Source: Trichoplax sp. H2
Taxonomy: Eukaryota
NCBI GenBank assembly: GCA_003344405.1
Contig: NOWV01000019.1
Span: 620,001 to 684,000 of the forward strand
Direction: 5' to 3'
DNA length: 64,000 nucleotides
The translations under genes were made by a program, and so were the position numbers. Below the pieces are notes generated by a model, which saw nothing but the letters and a program-made list of their open reading frames with translations, was not told where the DNA came from and did no database searches. Positions 54,701 through 64,000 of this stretch are shown here, piece after piece. Each line of letters begins with the position of its first letter. Positions within the stretch are counted from its first letter, which is position 1.

Positions 54701-57700
54701 GCATTATTACAATAATCAAGAATAAATCAATTTTGCTTATTGGATATCCCAATAAATTTTAATCTAGGTCCAGAAATATATCCAGGCGGTACAATTACTA
54801 AAACTACTAGTGTTGATCAACTTGATGTAAGATAAGAATTGGGATCGATGCGGATAGCTACCATACTAGGATAGTTTTAATCAGTAGCCTAACAGGATTT
54901 TAATATTCTTCTATTTCAACAGCTGATCGGCATTTATGACAGTGAAAATAAAAATACTACTTCATCTGAAGAGGATTATCAGTCCAGGTTAATCTATACA
55001 TAACCTGCCATTTATTGCTAGATCATTCTAGAATGATTCAATTGTCATCTTACCTTTACAGATTTGGAACTCGCGAATATATTGCAGAAGATCTGAGGAG
55101 ATTAACTGCGACGCATAACGTTGAGGTATGTATATCATTTTATATAACTCTACTCTTGTCAGGAATGCGTCCTTAAGGCTTATAGATCAGAGAGTATTTA
55201 GACCTATATCGTCTCATTTACGTTATGATTTGGTCATGTTGATAATTTTTAGTCAGCTTTAGTTGATATTAAAGATGAAGATGCAGAACTACCTCCGCTT
55301 CTTCAGGTAGGTACCGTTAAATAAATAGACGTGATGAAAATAAATTGGAATTCACGAAAGAATTCATTCGTTTCTCGATTGTAGCGACATCTATTAACCC
55401 TACACTAATACTTTCTTCTAATTAAAATACCGAAGGCTTTAGTAAAAACTTATGTCCAAACTACGAAAAGAACTAAAACTGAGAAGGTTAAAGTTGAAAT
55501 TCCGGTTAAGAAAGTCAGTTCAGTTTTAGATACAAGAGAAATTAAATCCAAAACACCGATGGGAGCTCGCCGAAGTAGTGTTGCTGCTGCTTTGCTTGAT
55601 CTTAATTTAAAATCTCTGGATTCAAGACTGAAATCATCATCAAGTCGGCGTTCGAGCAGTATTCAAAGTCCAGTTTTGGAGAGTTTATTGCCGTCTCCAA
55701 AACGTCATTCATTAGCTGATGTCGATGAAAATTTACAAGAAGGTCTTATAGACGCAACTTATGCATTTAAGTAAGAGGAGTTGTTTGGTTTTCGTTTTAA
55801 TTTATCGAAATGGATCGATAAACTTAATTTGATAAATTTCGTTTCTGGCTTATCTTAATGGATTGATTTCGTGCTGGCTAGCATTAAGAGATGCAAAATT
55901 AAACTCCTTTTATCCTTCTATTTAAGACTTCAAGAAGTTATTGAAGAAGATGAAGCTGATGATAGTGAAACTCAAACTGAGACCGCTGTCGATAATTTCC
56001 AGGTTAATATCGCTAAATTTGCATTTGATCATTGATTGAAAGCCCGATTCCTTAAATACAATCTTTCATTCCGTGTAATGCTTAGGAAGTTCCTCAACCT
56101 GCAGTATTCCAAATGAAATTATTCGATAAAGTGAGAGCCGTATCTAAGAAACTGCCCATTAGAATAGAACACTGTTCGTTGGAATATTCGCCATTCTAGT
56201 CTACTAACTTATACATACTTTTAATTTCTTTGTAATTTAGTCTACAGTTCGATTAGCTGACGTACGAGTTTCAAATCGAGTTTCAAATACGTCTTTAACT
56301 CTGGAATGTGTACCAACGATTTATAACGATATGACAAGCGAGGTAGATGAGATAGATTGAAGATAAAATAAGTGTTAATAAGATCTAAAAATGAACATCA
56401 ATTAATTGCACGGTGTAGATCGATAATAAAACTGTCACATGGCTGGATCGTAATCTTTTTGTTGGAGAAGAAGTGAAGAGTGTTTATGAAGAAGTCATGA
56501 AATCTATTGATAGAGATCATTTAATTTTTGATCAGGTAATAAGTTTTCATGAATGAGATGGCTATTCGAACAGCTACTGGAAGATAAATTTATGTACTTA
56601 ATCGTATCCTATTTACATATTAGCGTCTGTGAAAGGTTTTACTAAGGGTTCGATTACATTTATCATTATCATTACTTCAGGGCGATAATCTTGAACCATG
56701 CCCGGAAAGTATCAATTTATCTGATTTCATGATATCAGCAACATTAAAGCAAAAACCTAGGCATAGAATCATTAACAGAGGTTTACAGTCGAATAAGAAA
56801 CATTTTGGGAGGCATACGGCAGAAATGTGGGCAAAACGGTTTGTTTAAAGTACTACCAACAACGATCAAGCTTTGAGACTTACAAAAATTAACCTATAAT
56901 AATATTATATTAGTTTTTTCTACTCTGTTTTCTATCATAATAAAATGCTCTGAATATATTTGCACTAGGGATCGCTTGCTGGAACAACGAATGAACATGA
57001 AAGATATTCTTAAAGCCGATCCAACTGTAATGATAACGATGTCTATCGATAGATATTTGTGAAATTTTTACCCCTTGGTCAATAGTGGATTACTTTATTA
57101 ATATTGATTTCCGCCTACTTTTAGAGATCGAATCAGAACAAGGAATTACGAGCTTATGCCTCATGGCTTGCAGCATGGAAATCTCACATCAGCTCTGGTG
57201 ATTACGTTAAATATTTATCTCAACAGGTACTTGAAATAACCTAATCTTAATAAATTTGTTTATTAACTTATAGCACGAGAATAAATCCATTGGTTTCTAT
57301 TTTTGATGATATAGGAATCGGATTTTCTATCAGTTTTATTTCATTTTTATAATTCGGATGATGAAGATAGCGATGAAGAGGATAAAAGATGTCAACCCGA
57401 TCCAGAAGAACTCGAAAGACAGAGGTAGGCCTAATCATTTTATTAAGGAATAGATTATTTAATTATAATTAACAGTAGCTAAGGCTACATTATCATTGTT
57501 ATAAGCTTGACAAAGGCGACAGCATAATTAGTAATCAAATTCTGTGATTTATTAATGACAGGTTTAAGAATAGATTAGTAGCAAGAGTTTAGGATGTGCC
57601 ATTAGCACGAGTAGCATTCATATTCGTATACTTACTTTCAGTTTGAATTAGCAAAGGTGCGTTTTTGAGTATTTAGTTTCTAATAGTGTTCGATATCCTA

Positions 57701-59671
57701 ACGTACATATTTAAAATTCGTTTAATGACTATGTAGATATATTTGACCAAAATTTCGAACATGACAGTAACTAGATTGTTTCCACCGAGTAGTCAATCTT
57801 ACTGCTAATAAAATTATCAATGTCACTATTGAGTTACTGTATGAAAATCCTGCATCAATTTTAATATTAATACTTTGGCAACCATAGAGTTTATAAAATT
57901 GCTAGCTTATATTTACACCTTAAAGTCTATTTACTAGAACGAGTAATACTTGCAGATACTTTAAGGAATCTCTTTTTATTACTAAATATTTTATTAGAAT
58001 TCATCAAGAGAAATTACAGAATGCACTCAATCTGAAATCAGTATACGAATCTGGATACTGGAATGTTAACACAGTTGCTTTAGGCGGTTTAGGACAGGAT
58101 CCTGACGTTGATGGTAAGAATCTAAGTCTGAATATTTTATAATGCATTTGTATCATTATTAAACCTTCCATCGATTACCATATGATAATATAGCAATGGA
58201 GAGCCAGGATTACAATACTTTAAAGAAACGTGAGTTTTATTTAGCTTCGTTTGTTACGTTTGTAAAAATATTCTACATTGAAGGATAAAACATGCCGATT
58301 ATAGATAGAGGGTTATATAATCAAGGTTAATGTTAATTTCAAGCTTTGCTTTCGCTATGCACAATGTGGAAAGAAAGGAATGCTGTTCTTGATTCACAAA
58401 GTCTGAAATCTAATACTATGATATTTTTTGAATTATTCTAGTTGAGCCAGTTCCTCAATCTGATAAAGACGGTAAACTTTCCGCTTATAGGGCGAGAAGA
58501 GATCCAGTAAGTTTCATATTGAGGTTTAAGTAATGCCATACTGTGAACTTATAAGGAATTTTTGAAAATTTGCAACTTTTACGGAATAGACGAGATTAAG
58601 CAAATCGTCTAAAACTTTAAGCCTACAAGACCGACTATCCAATGTTTGGACATCGCTGTGGTTACCGGAAGCACATAGAATTGATATGGCACTTAAATAT
58701 AGCTCAGATAAATTTAGAAAAGATCTTGAAAAGGTTACTTTGATTTTCTATTACACTAGATCAGTATTAATCGTTGCAAAGTAAGGAAAGGATGCTAATT
58801 GCTTCCCATTTCCAATCCATGTAGTTTAAATACCTTAGGATGCATGATTGCTTATCATATGGATGACTGTCTTTAATAGGTTGTCATTGATTGGGAAGAA
58901 GTTACCGATATCATATTGCGTCGTGAAAGTATTATTGCTCGATTGGAAGCTTTTGAAAGGACAGCATCCGATCCAAAACGTTTCTTCCTAAAAGGTAGTT
59001 TCAATTAGCTAAGGCTTTTGGTTTGTATCCTTGACATGAGTCAGTATATCGTTTTAGTTTCCTTACAATGAATTAACACTACCGTATCTTGTATAGGTTC
59101 TAAAGGATCCTCAGTACATCGATTGACTGAAGCAAAGGAAAGAAGCCAGTTGTATAATGTAAGTCTGGCACTGATCAGTCACGATTATTAACGATATAGC
59201 CATAGATCGCTGGATATACGAATTTATTTATCGGTCTATCTTGGCAAATTAAGCTAATGATAGACTTTAATACCTGATTTTATCTAGACATTACAAGAAA
59301 TTGAGCCGCAAATCACTGACACAGTACAAAAAATTGAAACGAAATATGGAGATGTTGTTGCTTATCAGGTATTTTTGACGTAATTGATGGTGAAATAGAT
59401 ACGATGGAATCAATTTCAATTTCCATCGACTGATTCCTATCCTAGTTTCAAGATCAATTTATAGAGCGTATTCAAGCAATTTTTCATTTATAATCAATAG
59501 GGACGACCATACTTGGATAAAATTAAGCGGGATAAAGTAGAAATGCTCTACTGGTTACATCAAGAACGAAGGCAGGCTGCCATTAAAAATGATATTAGTA
59601 ATCAATTCCATAGGGGATCACCTAATCGTCTACCTGAATTAATGGCCATCGATGCTAATGCTCTATTATAG
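51792..59671 (+). CDS. CCDC87: Coiled-coil domain-containing protein 87 homolog, highly fragmented (roughly 30 exons)
   Basis: The C-terminal exons read LQDRLSNVWTSLWLPEAHRIDMALKYSS, RESIIARLEAFERTASDPKRFF and GRPYLDKIKRDKVEMLYWLHQERR. An internal SWLAAWKSHISSGDYVKYLSQQESDFL and an N-terminal GPISLF also match remembered CCDC87 conserved blocks. The start ATG at 51792 is the best candidate. Confidence 0.85.
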
Positions 59672-60239
59672 AGCGTAGGAAAATATTAATGGCAAAGATT
59701 ATAACAATTTTGTTAAACATGTTTGTAAATACCTTGGAGATTCGTGTACAGCAAGTTAAAATGAGGCCAGATAGAGTTTATGATGTAAATGGATTATTTC
59801 TATGATATAATAATTCTTATGCATGGATATTTAATGATCATAGCAATTTATATTCATTACCTTTTATAGTATATACCAAAATGTATTTTTATATCAAAGA
59901 AAAACCAGGTTTTGGAAGGATATCATTTTACATTGTAATTTATTATAATATAATAGCTTAACTTGCAGTTAATTGTATAAATAAAATATTTTCACTGCAA
60001 GTAATCACTTTAGTCTTTAATATCGCCTTGATATAGGAGGAGATGATTCTCCATGGGAGAATGTTATTATTGGCGAAATAACATGCAACTGTAGCAATAT
60101 ACAGTACATAATAATCGGATTTATAAAACAGTAATAGTCTTATCGCTTTAGTTTATGATGGATATTTCTTAATGGAGAAAATGCTATACGATTTACAACG
60201 CGGGTAAAATAATCGTTGGTACTATAGGTAGCAATCCAA

Positions 60240-60460
60240 CATGGTACAGCTGTACCATGGCTACTTCATGTAGTCGAATTCAAGCAAAATTACCATCCTA
60301 TAGCAAATTATTCTATGTTGATAATTACTGCTAAAAATATATTTAGCGCAACTAAGTAATTATCGGAGCAATCTATCATGGAACAACAGTACTATGGTTA
60401 CTTCATGAGTCTAGTTCAAGCTAAATTGCAATCCTATGACAAATTATTTCATTTTTAAAA
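60240..60460. repeat. Diverged ~138-bp tandem duplication with perfect 20-bp palindrome between convergent genes
   Basis: CATGGTACAGCTGTACCATG lies at 60240-60259. The unit ATGG.TACTTCATG...TTCAAGC.AAATT..ATCCTAT..CAAATTATT is repeated at ~60257 and ~60395. Confidence 0.75.
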
Positions 60461-60542
60461 ATCTCCCATAAAATACATTTAATGTAACAAAGTAGTTATC
60501 GAACCTATTCCAAGAATCTTTAAAAATGGAGCAAGATAGAAA

Positions 60543-61741
60543 TTATTGATGACTACCGGCATTCTTCATAAACTTATCTCGTAAATGTTGGATATCATCT
60601 ACTGGAACAATCTGTGTGATAATAGCAACTTCATTTTCAAATTTACAACTAATATTCAACTTATCAACAGTAAAATGATAAACTTCATCCGTGCATTTAT
60701 TTCTTCGATACGTCGATCTCGGATCAGATGCCACAACATCATGAATAACCGATCGTGCTTCATCGCTATCTTTTAATAATTGCAGCTGATATTTGGAATG
60801 GCTAGTGTTATTCTCGCTTGGGAAGAATTGTTGTAAATCATCCTCCGCTTGTGAAGTAAATTGTACAGTGAGCGGTTTTACTGGAGGTAAAGTAAGCCAA
60901 GATGCTAATTGAATATCTACAAAGCAAGACAGATTATTCCAAGTCAATTTTATCTGGCTTCCTTCCTTCATTCTGTACGAGGTTGATTTTAGTGAAGTTC
61001 GATTAACAAAGAATTTTAATACATGGTTATATTTCATGGTCTATCTAATGTAACCTATCTGTTAAGATTAGACATCAATATACCTTGATCGGCTGGTGGA
61101 TTATCATAATCTGGTATGTATGGTTTAATATCAAGGATTGGTGTGCCGTCAACAATATCAATGCCCGATAGATGGATGATGTTACCGTCGACTTTATCTA
61201 GTTTGGCTAGAGTTAAGCCAATAGGATTAGGACGATGAGGACTGCGCGATGCAAAAACACCAATTTTTTCCCCGTCTAACCGGGGAGGCTTAATTTTAGC
61301 TCGTACATGGGTATTTTCATTCATATGGAATAGGAAAATTAACCTGAAAAAGGGAGATAATCAATTTGTATGCTAAAATTGCTATGTGTAAAAGACATGC
61401 AACGGTGTTTAAATACGCGTATGACATGCCTACTTAATCCTATTCCTATTTACAGAACGGTCGATCAATACTATTGTTGCTGATCAAACGTTGATTTGTA
61501 ATAGCTCTATATCTATTTTAATCTATTACAATATGACAAAATATAGAATAACTTACCAGACATGAGAGAATTGTTGTAAACTCATCAGTGAATGATGAGG
61601 GTTGGTAAAATTGGATTCAATGGCAAGTTGAGCTCGGGATTGGCGACAGACTGATGGTTGGCGCGGTGAGCCATTTTTCTCGACAAAACAAGACTTTAAA
61701 TAGCCAATCGCATTAAATGTTATTGGAGGCATGGAAGACAT
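60543..61741 (-). CDS. TRMO: tRNA (adenine(37)-N6)-methyltransferase, TsaA/TrmO family, 3 exons
   Basis: Exon 1 reads IGYLKSCFVEKNGSPRQP...FSHVW. Exon 2 reads LIFLFH...KIKPPRLDGEKIGVFASRSPHRPNPIGLTLAKL...DIVDGTPILDIKPYIPDYD. Exon 3 (from ~60917) contains DPRSTYRRNKC...YHFTVDKLNISCKF. An additional upstream exon cannot be excluded. Confidence 0.95.
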
Positions 61742-62804
61742 GATTCTCTTACAATCAATGTTGTAATAAATAGCAACACCTTTGATCGAGAATCGCATAG
61801 CAATGACAATGGTATAAATGAAAAGGAGCAAACGAGTCTACTCGATTAATTTCCGTGTCCTTCAGCTCAATGATTCGCTTATGACGTTGATTAATGCTGA
61901 TGGTGGAATAGAAAACTCGTCTTTAATACACCAATTGATCTCGACACTATTTTAATTGGATTGAATAAAGTGTCTAATTCACTGTGCAATGATATCCTAC
62001 GTCATGTGCAAGTCAAAATAGCCAAATTGTCTTTCTGCAATTGGTGGTGATTGATGTCGACCGTAATTCATTTGCTACCGATGAAGATTAAAGGTATGTC
62101 CGCTCTAACTGACACTGTCTAGCATTCATCAATATAATCTTAGGCAATTGAGTTCGACTTGTATCCAGTAGTCCAAGTTGATAATGATGTAGCGTAGCTT
62201 CAAGGTAGTCCAATATTGCTCGATCGAGTTGGAGAAGCTGAGATACCTAGAAGCAGCTCCAGCTCAGGAGGTGCAAGCAAGCAGAGCTTGACCTATAGCT
62301 GGACCTGCAGTGCAGTACGATTGTTGTTGAAATTATCAGTGGGTGCCAACTCGATTTCACTGCCTATTTCCATATGGATATCGTATGATCGATATCCTGT
62401 TTCCGACGCACTCTGTTCAGGTAGAGGTGGATGATGTTTGCATCGGATACCTGGAGGCATGGACTACTCGAATAAGACCTGGAAAGATCACCCTTGGACG
62501 GACAGACATTTTCAAAATATTGTGCCCAATTCTTGGTGATGACAGTGTTTTAGTATGCAGACGGTCGATTTTGAATTGACTAATTTTTTGTAAATTAAGT
62601 AATATTACGTTGAGTCTTATAATCTATTACTAAGTTTGGCTAGGAAACAGTTATATAAGATCGTCGATGGTATTGAAATTAGTACTAGTGATGTCGAAAA
62701 GAGGCAAGGAAGATCCATACAACGTCCTGTAAGTTGTCATTTTTCGATACTGACCGCCTCATTTCATTTGCTAAGAATAGTCCGTCTGTCTGAATGACTG
62801 GACT

Positions 62805-63190
62805 GGTGTACTGTACAGTGTACAGTACAGTACAGTGAGTGTATACTGTACTGTACAGTAAACAGTACTGTACAGTACTGCTCAAATGAGAAAGAAAGGA
62901 AAGAGGGGACGTAAAAGCGATCGTTGACTATACAGTACTGTATACAATATTAATAAATAACAATCATTAATTTGGTCATTTCAAGTATATAGCATCTGGC
63001 ATACTCGGATTGACATCTAATATGCTGCTAAGTTGGTTTTGTGCAGTATGATATACGGTTTCATTGGCACCATATCGTAGAATGGGCGGAAAAATAATCC
63101 GACTCCACATTTTTTTGCACCGATAGCCGCTACTTACAGTACATGTTTGTACTGTACCTTACAGTGTACAGTGCACAGTACTGTAATCAG
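62805..63190. repeat. Second (TACAG)n/(CTGTA)n palindromic tract region
   Basis: A 14-bp stem forms between TGTACAGTACAGTA (62819-62832) and TACTGTACTGTACA (62844-62857). Further CAGTACTG sites lie near 62863, 62933 and 63177. Confidence 0.85.
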
Positions 63191-63570
63191 TCACGGACGA
63201 CTAGAAGAGAACCTTGCCGTGCCGGTCCCGGTACTCAGCTACGCAGTCACAGTGTCATCTTTGGTAGGCTTGAAAACTGAAATAAGGGTCTTTCTATCTA
63301 GCTCGTATTGAGTGGATGACTGTTCGCGTACTTGGATAGACTTGCTGGCTATTGATGAAGTAGCTCGACTGCTTGTATCCAGTCATATTGACACACTCCA
63401 TGTCCAGGAGTCCTGGAGTCTGTTTCTACAAAGGGCGGCAAACGAGGAAGGAGGGGACAGGGCGCTACTTTCGGTACAAAATAAAGTGGAGGCTGTTCCC
63501 GTCATTCTACTATATCGTGTCAATGAAAGGGTATAACTAGAACATACTGCACAAAACCAACTTAGCAGCA
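63023..63570. mobile_element. Candidate MITE/fold-back element with ~108-bp diverged inverted arms
   Basis: 63023-63130 is the reverse complement of 63463-63570. The outer 28 bp are perfect (TGCTGCTAAGTTGGTTTTGTGCAGTATG) and the inner part is diverged. No target-site duplication or transposase was seen. Confidence 0.45.
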
Positions 63571-63886
63571 GTTTGCAGCTAATTTAGATACGATTAGTAG
63601 AGAGTATAGGAGCTACTTCACCTCGTAAAATGGTCTGAGTAGCGACTATAGTTGTCAAGGAAGGGACGCGCGATTCGCGCTACTTTCGGTACAAAATAAA
63701 GTAGAGGCTGTTCCCGTCATTCTACTATATCGTATCAATGAAAGGGTATAACTAGAACATACTGCACAAAACCAACTTAGCAGCAGTTTGCAGCTAATTT
63801 AGATACGATTAGTAGAGAGTATAGGAGCTATTTCACCTCGTAAAATGGTCTGAGTAGCGACTATAGTCGTCAAGGAAGGGACGCGC
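63463..63886. repeat. Near-identical tandem duplication, 215-bp period
   Basis: 63463-63671 matches 63678-63886 with only a few substitutions. Confidence 0.95.
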
Positions 63887-64000
63887 CTACACGTATTTCA
63901 TCACTTGAAGAACAAGTCGCAGACTGTAGAGATTGTATGGAATGCGCAGCCATGTTTGAGATGTCATGCTGATACAGTGTGATTGAACTCCAGCCTCGTC

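Noticed and set aside
60543-61741. Horizontal transfer of a bacterial tsaA gene
   Set aside because: The gene has spliceosomal introns and the animal-type C-terminal DPRSxYRR domain, so it is an ordinary eukaryotic TRMO.

Overview
AT-rich eukaryotic (animal) genomic DNA with many short GT-AG introns. The compact gene architecture suggests an early-branching animal such as a placozoan, but that is inference only. Six intact-looking protein genes were read by hand across splice sites: DNAJB11/ERdj3 (-), MCRS1 (+), an orphan class A GPCR (+), a receptor-type tyrosine phosphatase with altered catalytic motifs (+), CCDC87 (+) and TRMO/TsaA (-). The intergenic space holds several decayed genes: two NACHT-like remnants, a TRPM-like remnant, an LRR-like remnant and a single-pass membrane protein pseudogene. 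Three of these have internal tandem amplifications. There are also many local tandem duplications and one assembly gap with duplicated flanks. The most unusual structure is a pair of islands 47 kb apart (about 14.4-15.8 kb and 62.4-63.9 kb). Both contain fold-back (TACAG)n/(CTGTA)n tracts, share a 40-bp motif oriented toward the adjacent housekeeping gene, and carry local direct and inverted repeats. No rRNA, tRNA, CRISPR array or intact transposase was recognised. All protein assignments rest on remembered motifs rather than database searches, and exon boundaries are approximate.
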